Below the pieces are notes generated by a model. The model worked only from the letters and a program-made list of their open reading frames with translations, had not been told where the DNA came from and ran no database searches. From Candidatus Kerfeldbacteria bacterium (GTDB lineage: Bacteria > Patescibacteriota > Patescibacteriia > SBBC01), in NCBI GenBank assembly GCA_016207275.1, contig JACQPY010000018.1, positions 23,960 to 87,959 of the forward strand: 64,000 nucleotides of DNA. Reading direction: 5' to 3'. Position 1 is the stretch's first letter, and each line of letters begins with the position of its first letter. Below, one piece after another: positions 40,744-49,258 of this stretch. The translations under genes and the position numbers were made by a program.

Positions 40744-42618
40744 CTACTTGACCGTCACCGACTTGGCTAGGTGCCGCGGCTGGTCGATATTCCGACCGAG
40801 CGCCGCCGCCGCACCGTGGGCGAGGAGTTGCAGCGGGAGAACTGCGGTAATGGCGGAGAACGGTCCGATCGTCGCCGGCACGCGGATGATTCTCTCGAGC
40901 CTCGTGCCGGAATACTCGAGTTCCGCGATTCGTTCATCGCCTTCCTCCGCGATGGCGATGACGCGGCCGCCGCGGCTCAGGATCTGTCCGACGTTGTCGA
41001 TCGTCCGGTCGTAGGTCAACGGCACCTTCGGATCCGGCAGACACATTGCAATGACGACTGTCCTCTTGTCGACGAGCGCCAGGGGTCCGTGTTTCATCTC
41101 GGCGGCGGACTTCTCCAGCGCTGAGATGTAGGCGACCTCGAGCATCTTCAGCGCTCCTTCGTGCGCCGCGGCCAGTGTGTACCCGCGACCGAGGAACACC
41201 ATCCGCGAGATCTTTGCCAGCGAACTCCCGAGCGCTTCATACGACGGTCCGCGTTTGAGGATAGCTTCTGCGGCTTCCGTCAGCCGTCGCGCCGCCTCGC
41301 CGAATTCCTGAACATCGAGGGCGGTGACCCGACCGGCGCTACGAGCGATCGCCAGCGTCAGGAGGCAACCGCTCAAAATCTGAGCGGTGTATGCCTTCGT
41401 CGAGGCAACGGCGGTCTCCAGTCCTGCCCGGGTGTACACCCCATTTCCGTACAACGACAGCGTCGACCCTGGGACATTGACGAGCGAGAACGTGACGGCC
41501 GAATCCTTCAGTAGTCGTTCCATCGCCTCGAGAACGTCGGCTGTTGTTCCGGACTGCGAGATCGGAACGACGAGCGTCTCTGGCGTGACATGGCGGTACG
41601 ACGTGGCGAACTCCGCCGCGTCGATGACCTCGGACGGGTAGCCGAATTCCTCGAAGTACCGGGCGATCGCCAGGCCAGCGAACTTCGACGTTCCGCAGCC
41701 GAGGATCAAGACCCGACGAAGCTGGGTGGTTATGTAGTGCTGGAACTCCGGCCTCCGAGCAATGCCGCCAATGTGAATGGCGTACTGTTCGGTAAACCGT
41801 CCTTCGAGCACTCGACGAATGACCTCACCCTGTTCGTGGATCTCCTTGTGCATGAACGTCGGGTGTTTCCCTTTCTCGATTTCACCGAGTTCGTACCAGA
41901 GATCCTCGACCGCGTGGAGGACCTCCTCATTCTCGAACGTCAGCACCTGGTGCGACGCGTCGCGACGGATCACTGCCACATGGCCGTCCTTGACGTAGAC
42001 GTACTTGTCAGTATGCGCCCGGAACGCTCGCGTGTCCGAAGCAACGAACAGTCCGCCGTTAGCCAGTCCGATGAACAAGTCGCTGCCCAAACGGGCGGCC
42101 ACGATCTCATCCGGCGCGGTGCTGTCAATCACTGCAAACGCGAATGCGCTCTCGCGAATGAGCAGCGCGGTTTTCTGCACCGCAGTGACGAGCGAATCGC
42201 CGTCTGACCGAAACTGCTCGACGAGGTGGCTGATGACCTCCGTGTCGGTGTCCGATCGGAAGCGGTGCCCGCGCCGCTCCAGGTCTTCCTTGATCGCTTT
42301 GTAGTTCGCGAGCATGCCGTTGTGGACGACCGCGATCTGTCCGGAGCAGTCGGCGTGTGGGTGGGCATTTCGCTGATTCGGTTTTCCATGCGTTGCCCAG
42401 CGCGTGTGCGCAATGCCGCAGGTACCCTTGAGTTCCTTGTCGATCACTGCCGCTGCCGTGATCTCCACCGGGCCCTTCCGCTTCACCAAGACGAGCTCAT
42501 TGCCTTCGTTGACCGCCACGCCAGCCGAATCGTACCCACGGTACTCCATCCGCCGCAGTCCTTCGAGCAGGAACGGAACTGCCGTTCGCGGACCGATGTA
42601 TCCGATGATGCCGCACAT
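40744..42618 (-). CDS. glmS: Glutamine--fructose-6-phosphate aminotransferase
   Basis: MCGIIGYIG N-terminal nucleophile and two SIS domains. Confidence 0.95.
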   Translation of the reverse strand: MCGIIGYIGPRTAVPFLLEGLRRMEYRGYDSAGVAVNEGNELVLVKRKGPVEITAAAVIDKELKGTCGIAHTRWATHGKPNQRNAHPHADCSGQIAVVHNGMLANYKAIKEDLERRGHRFRSDTDTEVISHLVEQFRSDGDSLVTAVQKTALLIRESAFAFAVIDSTAPDEIVAARLGSDLFIGLANGGLFVASDTRAFRAHTDKYVYVKDGHVAVIRRDASHQVLTFENEEVLHAVEDLWYELGEIEKGKHPTFMHKEIHEQGEVIRRVLEGRFTEQYAIHIGGIARRPEFQHYITTQLRRVLILGCGTSKFAGLAIARYFEEFGYPSEVIDAAEFATSYRHVTPETLVVPISQSGTTADVLEAMERLLKDSAVTFSLVNVPGSTLSLYGNGVYTRAGLETAVASTKAYTAQILSGCLLTLAIARSAGRVTALDVQEFGEAARRLTEAAEAILKRGPSYEALGSSLAKISRMVFLGRGYTLAAAHEGALKMLEVAYISALEKSAAEMKHGPLALVDKRTVVIAMCLPDPKVPLTYDRTIDNVGQILSRGGRVIAIAEEGDERIAELEYSGTRLERIIRVPATIGPFSAITAVLPLQLLAHGAAAALGRNIDQPRHLAKSVTVK

Positions 42619-42834
42619 TCCTGTGCCTCCTTTGTCGACGAGCAGGCCGATTACCTACAACCGCGAATCAACGATACCCCAAGAGGTTCGCAGAAAGCCA
42701 CTTGAATGTCAACCAAGCCCCGCGCCAGCTGTCATCCTGACCCCGACAGATGGCGGGGGAAGGATCTCCTATGGGACTGCAGTCGAATGAGAGACTCTTC
42801 GGCTCCGCCTCATGGTGACGGCGCGGGGCGGCAC

Positions 42835-43981
42835 CTATACCCCATCCTTCCCACTCCCACGTTTCGCCTGCCCCGAGCTCTTTCGGCGGGGCCTGCCTTC
42901 ACGTTTCCAACGTAGGAACGCTTCCATAAATGACTGGAGTTCTCCATTCAACACCGCGTCCACATCGCTTGTTTCGAACTTTGTCCGATGATCCTTGACC
43001 ATCCGGTACGGCTGCAGCACGTACGAGCGAATCTGGTTGCCCCAGGCCGCTTCGGCGTACTCGCCGCGTAGCTGCTGCTTTTCTTGATGGATTTTTTCTT
43101 CTTCCAGCATCTGCAGCTTCGACTGCAGAATCTTCATCGCGGTTTCGCGATTCTGCTGCTGCGAGCGCTCGTTCTGCACAGACACCATGATTTTCGTCGG
43201 CCGGTGCACCACCCGCACGGCCGAGTACGTCGTCTGCACGCCTTGTCCGCCGTGACCGCCGGACAAAAATGTGTCAACGCGAATATCTTTCGGATCAATT
43301 TTGACTACTTCCAACTCTTCGAACTCGGGAATGACCTCGACCAGGGCGAACGACGTGTGCCGCATCTTTTCCGCGTCAAACGGCGAAATCCGGACCAGCC
43401 GGTGCACGCCGGCCTCACTCTTAAGGTAGCCGAAGGCAAACCGACCTTTGACTTCAAGCAGCACGCTCTTGATGCCGGCTTCTTGCCCCCGCGACTCGTC
43501 AATCACCCGCGTCTGCCACCCTTGCTGTTCAGCAAACCGCAGCAGCATCCGCAGCAACATCAGCGCCCAGTCTTGGGCGTCCGTGCCGCCGGTACCGGCG
43601 TGCACGGCGACAATTGCATTTTTATCGTCGTGCTTTCCCGACAGCAATATTCTAAATTCCAAATTCCGCATTCCCCCTTCCAATTCTCCCAACTGATGTT
43701 CAATGTCTTTTCGCAGTGATTCTGCCTCCGGCTCCTCCAGTACATGCGCTAAATCGGCGGCTTGCTGATTCAACCGATCCCAGATCACGATATCTTCTTT
43801 AAGCTCGCTTAGATGCCTGCTCTGCCGTTCGGCCTGCTCACGATCATCCCAAAACCCCGGCTGGCCCATCCGCTCTTCAATTTCGAGAATGGCCTGCCGT
43901 TTCTGATCCAGGTCAAAGCAAGCCGCGGGCAGAAACTATTTTCTGCCGTAGGCTGTCCAATCTTCGCGCTAAATCATTCAT
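42835..43981 (-). CDS. prfB: Peptide chain release factor 2 with a programmed +1 frameshift
   Basis: SPF and GGQ motifs are present in ORF 42835..43869. Upstream, ATG (43981) - MNDLARRLDSLRQKIVSARGLL runs into the canonical CTT TGA C shift site (~43913-43918). The +1 frame then continues DLDQKRQAILEIEERMGQPGFW. Confidence 0.85.
43913..43918 (-). promoter_or_regulatory. RF2 autoregulatory +1 frameshift site CUU UGA C
   Basis: The minus-strand sequence is ggcttgCTTTGACctgg. Confidence 0.8.
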
Positions 43982-43999
43982 ACAATTACGAAACGGCGC

Positions 44000-44045
44000 A
44001 GTCCCGCAACGTAACGAGCGGCCGCGAGTTACTGGTGCGGGGAAA
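44000..44045. repeat. Family-2 element between prfB and its first 5'-end duplicate
   Basis: GTCCCGCAAC-gtaacgagcggccgcgagttac-TGGTGCGGGGAAA. Confidence 0.55.
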
Positions 44046-44105
44046 CCCCCGTGCTTCGGAAACTTTCTTCTCAAGAATTGTCAGTCGGTCTTTTAAATCT
44101 TTCAT
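44046..44105 (-). other. Duplicate of the prfB 5' end (decoy start 2)
   Basis: Minus strand reads ATGAAAGATTTAAAAGACCGACTGACAATTCTTGAGAAGAAAGTTTCCGAAGCACGGGGG, translating MKDLKDRLTILEKKVSEARGF. This is RF2-N-terminus-like and runs into the element. Confidence 0.55.
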
Positions 44106-44118
44106 GGTACTAGCAATG

Positions 44119-44165
44119 TAACCCCGCACCGGAACGAACGCAAGTGAGTGACTGGTGCGCGGGCA
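44119..44165. repeat. Family-2 element between prfB duplicates 2 and 3
   Basis: AACCCCGCACC-ggaacgaacgcaagtgagtgac-TGGTGCGCGGG. Confidence 0.55.
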
Positions 44166-44279
44166 GCCTTCGCGACGTGTTGATTTTGTCGCGAAGGTGT
44201 TCCAAGCGCTTTACCAAATCGTGCATCATAAAAATGTTTAGGCTGTCCCGAGCGAGCGAAGCGAGTCGAGGGATAACCT

Positions 44280-44336
44280 CCGTGAACTTGTAACTTTACT
44301 TTGGAGAACTGACAGACGATCCTTTAAGTCTTTCAT
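44280..44336 (-). other. Duplicate of the prfB 5' end (decoy start 3)
   Basis: Minus strand reads ATGAAAGACTTAAAGGATCGTCTGTCAGTTCTCCAAAGTAAAGTTACA, translating MKDLKDRLSVLQSKVT. Confidence 0.5.
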
Positions 44337-44375
44337 GGCGCTGATACTACATCATTTTCCAACCAAACGCAAATG

Positions 44376-45239
44376 TTACTCCAGCGCGTACCGGTACGCG
44401 CCGACGTGTCCGAGGCCGGGTTCGCCGGGTGCGGCGTAGCGGAACGTGCCGCAGAGCGTGGTGGTCCCGCTACAGGTTCTTTCCCCGTCAGCATTATCCC
44501 AGCAGGTCAGCACCGAGGGATCAATTGAACCAGTATACCAGACGTAAGGTTCGGTAACGCGGAGACGCCCATCGGCGTCCAGTTTACTGCCGGCGCCAAA
44601 GGCGCTGAACTCGAACGAGCTCTGGTAGGGCCCGTGAAGACACAGCGGTTGGTCGTCGTAGCTGGCCGGCTTCTGCAGAACCTGGCTAACTTCATAGGTC
44701 ACGACAAAGTTATCGGTTGGCTGCGTGTTGACGTTTTTTGTTGCTGGTCTCGCTGCTTCGCAACGCTGGTTCACGCATCGACAGGTATATCCCTCGTACG
44801 TTCGACAGGCCAAATCCGGCGGTGCCGTCTTCAAAAAGTCTTTGGAGAAACAGCCGCTGCAGATGAGCAAGCCGCAGTCTTCGTCTCGCTGGCAGTACTT
44901 GTTGCCGACTGACGAGTTCGTGTTGACGTTTAGGGCAATGTTTGCGTTAACGGTGACATCGGTATTCGCAGTATTCGCATTCCCATTCGCAGCATTAGCA
45001 TCATTAGTAGCATTCGCAGTTGGACACTCCGCAAACTCACAGTTCGGCGCAACCCGGCCGACGTAGCTGCCGTCCGGACAGAGTTTGGCGTCTTGCGTAC
45101 AGGCCACGGCATTTCCGTTTCCATTGAGTGACGGTGCCTTCTGGCCGGGATTAAACACGACCAGCCCCAAACCGACCACCGCGGCCAGTGCGGCCACAAT
45201 GATAAGCAGCGGAATTACGGCAAACCCACCTGACTTCAT
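44376..45239 (-). CDS. N-anchored, Cys-rich secreted hypothetical protein with an Asn/Val-rich linker
   Basis: An N-terminal TM helix is followed by NANTANTDVTVNANIALNVNTNSS and many Cys residues. Confidence 0.4.
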   Translation of the reverse strand: MKSGGFAVIPLLIIVAALAAVVGLGLVVFNPGQKAPSLNGNGNAVACTQDAKLCPDGSYVGRVAPNCEFAECPTANATNDANAANGNANTANTDVTVNANIALNVNTNSSVGNKYCQRDEDCGLLICSGCFSKDFLKTAPPDLACRTYEGYTCRCVNQRCEAARPATKNVNTQPTDNFVVTYEVSQVLQKPASYDDQPLCLHGPYQSSFEFSAFGAGSKLDADGRLRVTEPYVWYTGSIDPSVLTCWDNADGERTCSGTTTLCGTFRYAAPGEPGLGHVGAYRYALE

Positions 45240-45397
45240 ACGAAATACCGAATACTAACTCCCAAATCCTACTTCCTTCTTCCTAATTCCCAGCTTCCCT
45301 ATTTCGTAAAGGTAAAGGCGGAGAGAATTTGCAGTTCGATCGCGGTGGTCTTCGATGACGGCATTGTATAACATTTTCTTATTCTTCAAAATCACGC

Positions 45398-45595
45398 TCA
45401 TGCAACTGGGCCTGTCGAAGAATTGACCGGAACGTCCCCTGCGGTATTTCCTTTCGGTTCGCTGGTAATGATGACGGTCAACGTCGGACTGCCGTATCGC
45501 CGATACTTCACGTGGCTTCCCCGTTGAGATACAAAAACAAAGCCCTTATTCTCCAAAATCCTGACGATATGTTTGGAAGAATGCAGCTTAGGCAT
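45398..45595 (-). CDS. hicA: HicA-family mRNA interferase toxin
   Basis: 65 aa with ..ILENKGFVFVSQRGSHVKY, the YcfA/HicA fold signature. Confidence 0.65.
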   Translation of the reverse strand: MPKLHSSKHIVRILENKGFVFVSQRGSHVKYRRYGSPTLTVIITSEPKGNTAGDVPVNSSTGPVA

Positions 45596-45803
45596 GTACG
45601 AGAGAACGGCTTATTTCCGCTCTCTCTACCTGCGCCAAGCGAGGATTTTTTGCATCCTCGAAGTAGAGTTCTAGTGCTTCCTGAAGATTCCGTAAGGCCT
45701 CCTTCTTCGTTTTCCCGAAGCTGGAAACGTCAACGTTCAAGCACTGGGCCACGTAGTGCTTGCCTTCTTTCCAAACCACGTTCTGCAATCGAAAAGCTTT
45801 CAT
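45588..45803 (-). CDS. hicB: HicB-family antitoxin
   Basis: 71 aa protein immediately upstream of and overlapping hicA. The HicB/UPF0150-like N-terminal domain pattern is present. Confidence 0.6.
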   Translation of the reverse strand: MKAFRLQNVVWKEGKHYVAQCLNVDVSSFGKTKKEALRNLQEALELYFEDAKNPRLAQVERAEISRSLVHA

Positions 45804-45946
45804 GTCAAAAAGAGTGTAGACAATTTCTCATCACCTGTCAAATTCCGCCAAGCACAAGCCGGCTCTCCAACGTCTTAAACTAAACCCTATTCCCAATCCC
45901 TAGACTGTTTCCCTTACTCCGCCTGCCAAGCACTACGACCTCGTCG

Positions 45947-47095
45947 TTAGTCTTGTGTGAAGGTGAAAGTGGAGAGGATTTGATCAACAACTGTCATGTC
46001 CTCACTCAATCCGTTGGATAGGTATATCCAATTGTCATAAGACCAATCAGATGGTACGACTTTTCGAAATTGCACTGTATCGCGACGATAGCATCCACTT
46101 TCAAATTTCGGTTCTATGGCGCCGGTACAAGTGACTTTTGATCTTGTTGCTGAACGGCCAGCAATAATAACATCTGCATCACTCGTCTCCCATTGACGTA
46201 CCGCATCTTGGTCCTTTATAGACCTGCAGTAGAAACCTGCTTCTGGACAAACTGAGAAATAGTTTTTACCAGCGTTGTCAGCGACCGCAAACTGTGTTCC
46301 ATCGAGAGGACCATCAATCGTAAAATCCTCAGTTAATTTCCAGTTGGGTGGGTATCGAAAAAGAAAATGATATTTCTGATTCGTATACGTCTTCCACCCG
46401 GCGGTGGGAGAGGTGGTCGAAAAACTTATGGTTTGCAATAAGGTTTCCAGATCCGTCACAAACGAAGCAGATGTGTCTGGATGGGCCAAAAGATCAAATC
46501 GTGTCGACCCGGTAGTGCCACACACGAGTATAACTTTAAACTGACCATTGTCCGCATTAAGTAACAAACGTAAGAACTTCGCTGGTTGGTCATCGATAGT
46601 TATGTTTTTGTTTTCTTGGGTGGTGTAATTTGCATACTGACTATGAGCTAGGTCAGCGCATCGACTCTCGGGCGTAGAGCCGCTGGCGATGCTTCTCCCC
46701 CAATCAAAATTAATATAATCTTTGGTGGTATCTCCAGGAGTAGCATATAAAGATATGGTATCTATACTAGCGGATGCAGCGTACTTTGAAGGGTATGCTA
46801 ATGCGAGTGCTGGACGCTTCGCTTCTATTATAGGAGCGTCATCAAAGGTAGTTGAGTTAAAGGTAAGCCAGCCCTGAGGAATAGTTTTGGGGGTTAGAGT
46901 ATTTTTAGTTGAGTCCGCATTAGTATTCACAGCGGCATTCCCGTTCACCGCATTCGTATTCTTCACGATCACCGGACCAGTTGACGGCAAATCCGACGCC
47001 TTTGGCCACAGCATGTAGCCAAAAATCAACACGACCACGGCCGCGCCGAAGATAAAGGCGATAGCCGGAATAATGCTGCCGCGTTGGTTGGTCAT
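45947..47095 (-). CDS. N-anchored secreted hypothetical protein
   Basis: A TM anchor is followed by the Asn-rich linker NAVNGNAAVNTNADSTKN. Confidence 0.4.
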   Translation of the reverse strand: MTNQRGSIIPAIAFIFGAAVVVLIFGYMLWPKASDLPSTGPVIVKNTNAVNGNAAVNTNADSTKNTLTPKTIPQGWLTFNSTTFDDAPIIEAKRPALALAYPSKYAASASIDTISLYATPGDTTKDYINFDWGRSIASGSTPESRCADLAHSQYANYTTQENKNITIDDQPAKFLRLLLNADNGQFKVILVCGTTGSTRFDLLAHPDTSASFVTDLETLLQTISFSTTSPTAGWKTYTNQKYHFLFRYPPNWKLTEDFTIDGPLDGTQFAVADNAGKNYFSVCPEAGFYCRSIKDQDAVRQWETSDADVIIAGRSATRSKVTCTGAIEPKFESGCYRRDTVQFRKVVPSDWSYDNWIYLSNGLSEDMTVVDQILSTFTFTQD

Positions 47096-47191
47096 AATTC
47101 CTCCAAAATCTTAATTCACCATCCGTTATTCTATACCCTAATCTCCTAATTCCCTAACCCCTAATCCCTAACAACCTAATTCCCAACAGAC

Positions 47192-48574
47192 CTACCGATT
47201 CACCCAGTTGATCCCCAGCCGACCGCCGCCCGGTCCGCCGTAACCGTCGCCGCCGTAGCCCTGGATGCCGCTGATGCCTTCGAGCTCGACTGCTTTCTTG
47301 ACGCTCGGCGAGTAGCTGTAGAGGTCGCCTTGGTTGTTAGCGTAGATAATCAGACTGCCCGGGTACCACAAGACGGCGTAGGAAAACTCTTTGATCGTGT
47401 CGACGGCTCCCTTGGCCAGGTCGTAGATGACGCCGCCGTCGCCCGTCCGGACCAGCAGCTTGCCCGAGTCCGGCGACCAGGCGCTGGGGTTGTCGCCGTA
47501 GAACTTGTCAATTGACTTTTCGTTCAGTTTTCCGGTTTGGACGTTGTGGACGACCAACACCGACTGCCGTTTCTCTTGACTGTAGCTGCTGAATACGAAC
47601 AAGGTGTTGTTCGGCGAGATCGAGTCGGGTGACGGGTAAACGTCGCGCGGCGGGCTAAGCGATCCTTCATCAAGCAGCAACTTGGTCGCCGCCACCTTGC
47701 CATCGCTCAATCTAATCTGGTCGTAGGACCACTTCCCTTTCGGCGGATCACGGTACTGTTCGTCGTCAGTGTAGAGCACCTCAAGCGAAGAACCGTTACC
47801 GGGAAAACCGACCAGCCGCGGCGCCGTGGTGTACGACTTCAGGTCGCGCACTGTCTTATCTTTCAGATTGACGATTTTGACGTAGTTGTTGTTGACGCCT
47901 GACTCGCCGCGGATAACAAAGGCGACCTGGTTGGTCGGCGCGTTGAACAGGATTTCGCTGATCGTCGGCAGGTCGTTGTTGAACAGGTTGTTGCGGTCGT
48001 ACTGGACAACGGTCTCGACCGTGGTCGGCGTAGCCAAGCTCGTCCGGTAGATGCCGATGAACGGGTTGGTGCCGGTGGCGCTGCTCATCAGGAAGACGAT
48101 GCTGTCGCCGTCCCGGCCGAACTGGAACTGCGACGGCGCTGGCGGCAGCTCGGTCAGGCCCAAACTCTGCTGGATCTGGGTGGTGCTAAGCTCAACCGTG
48201 GTAATCGTTTTACCAGTCGCCGCGTTGACCTTAGCCAACCGGGTTACCAGCTTGTCAGTCGAACGACGAAAGGCCACTGCCAGGGTCTTTGAGTCGGCCA
48301 CAGTAAACGGAGCCTCCGGGGCGTCGTAACCGGCTGGTTCCAGCGCGACAGTGACGTTAGCATTTTCATTGGCGTTCGTTACCACCGCCACGTTTACGTT
48401 CTGATTCAGGTCGACCGCTGACGTTACATTCGTCGTCCTGACCGTCCTCGTCGATGACCTGGACGAATAGACCACAAAGTAGCTGGCCGCGAAAAACGCC
48501 GCCAGTCCGGCGATGATGACCAGGACCGGCACAAGGGTCATTCCACGGTGGGGATTGGGCATAGAAGCCTCCAA
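47192..48574 (-). CDS. N-anchored secreted protein with a probable beta-propeller (TolB/WD40-like) C-terminal region
   Basis: TM anchor plus NQNVNVAVVTNANENANVT linker. Repeated short beta-strand motifs suggest a propeller. Confidence 0.35.
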   Translation of the reverse strand: MEASMPNPHRGMTLVPVLVIIAGLAAFFAASYFVVYSSRSSTRTVRTTNVTSAVDLNQNVNVAVVTNANENANVTVALEPAGYDAPEAPFTVADSKTLAVAFRRSTDKLVTRLAKVNAATGKTITTVELSTTQIQQSLGLTELPPAPSQFQFGRDGDSIVFLMSSATGTNPFIGIYRTSLATPTTVETVVQYDRNNLFNNDLPTISEILFNAPTNQVAFVIRGESGVNNNYVKIVNLKDKTVRDLKSYTTAPRLVGFPGNGSSLEVLYTDDEQYRDPPKGKWSYDQIRLSDGKVAATKLLLDEGSLSPPRDVYPSPDSISPNNTLFVFSSYSQEKRQSVLVVHNVQTGKLNEKSIDKFYGDNPSAWSPDSGKLLVRTGDGGVIYDLAKGAVDTIKEFSYAVLWYPGSLIIYANNQGDLYSYSPSVKKAVELEGISGIQGYGGDGYGGPGGGRLGINWVNR

Positions 48575-48629
48575 TGTTGTTTTCCTACCGATTAAAATAC
48601 CACGTCAGCGTTGCTAAAAGCAACTATCA

Positions 48630-48720
48630 CCTCCTGTCCTCCTCTTATATCAAGAGGAGGGACTTGCTAAAGGCCTGTTCGCGAGTCCTCCCTCTTCCCT
48701 GAAGAGGGAGACGGAGGGTG
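48630..48720. repeat. Family-1 composite repeat R5 upstream of DUF559 gene 2
   Basis: tcctcctctt-atatc-aagaggagga, then GACTTGCTAAAGGCC, then tcctccctcttc..gaagagggagacggagggtg. It is a direct copy of R6. Confidence 0.65.
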
Positions 48721-48781
48721 ATACACTTGACACTGCATTAAATGTCTTCTACGCTGTAGTCCGGTGGCATAACCATACAAC

Positions 48782-49192
48782 ATGCCGCCACATTTTTTAT
48801 ACAACAACCCGTCGTTTAAGCGACGACGGCAAAAGCTGCGAAACAAGTCAACACCGGCTGAACGAAAACTTTGGGGACATCTTCGAAAAAGTCAGTTGTT
48901 GGGCTTAAAGTTCCAACGGCAGTATGGGATCGGCCCGTACGTGCTTGATTTCTTTTGTCCGGAATTACGACTGGCAATTGAAGTTGACGGCGACTCACAT
49001 TTCACGCCCGACGCCCGCGCCTACGATCAGCAACGTCAACAATTCATCGAGAACGAGGATATCGCCGTGGTCAGGTTTCTCAATACCGACATTCACGAGA
49101 ATATGGATGGCGTGCTAACAAAGCTAGGCGAGGTAGTGATGTCTCTTACCACCCCTTGTTCCCCTCCTACGCTAGGAGGGGAGACTTGCTAA
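48782..49192 (+). CDS. DUF559 endonuclease-domain protein (copy 2); its C-terminal tail is encoded by repeat R6
   Basis: LWGHLRKSQLLGLKFQRQYGIGPYVLDFFCPELRLAIEVDGDSH matches DUF559. The tail ..TTPCSPPTLGGETC lies in the hairpin. Confidence 0.75.
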   Translation: MPPHFLYNNPSFKRRRQKLRNKSTPAERKLWGHLRKSQLLGLKFQRQYGIGPYVLDFFCPELRLAIEVDGDSHFTPDARAYDQQRQQFIENEDIAVVRFLNTDIHENMDGVLTKLGEVVMSLTTPCSPPTLGGETC

Positions 49193-49250
49193 AAGCCGTT
49201 AGCATATCCTCCCTCCTAGGGTAGGAGGGAGACAGAGGGTGGTACCAAAA
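49160..49250. repeat. Family-1 composite repeat R6 at the 3' end of DUF559 gene 2
   Basis: tcccctccta-cgc-taggagggga, then GACTTGCTAAAAGCC, then tcctccctcctagggtaggagggagacagagggtgg. Confidence 0.65.
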
Positions 49251-49258
49251 CAACCAAC

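Noticed and set aside
44900-45060. Short direct repeats (attcgca... / gcattagca...) that could be mistaken for a CRISPR-like array
   Set aside because: They lie inside a coding region and encode the Asn/Ala/Thr-rich linker. The repeats are irregular and under 10 nt. No CRISPR repeat-spacer architecture is present anywhere in the window.
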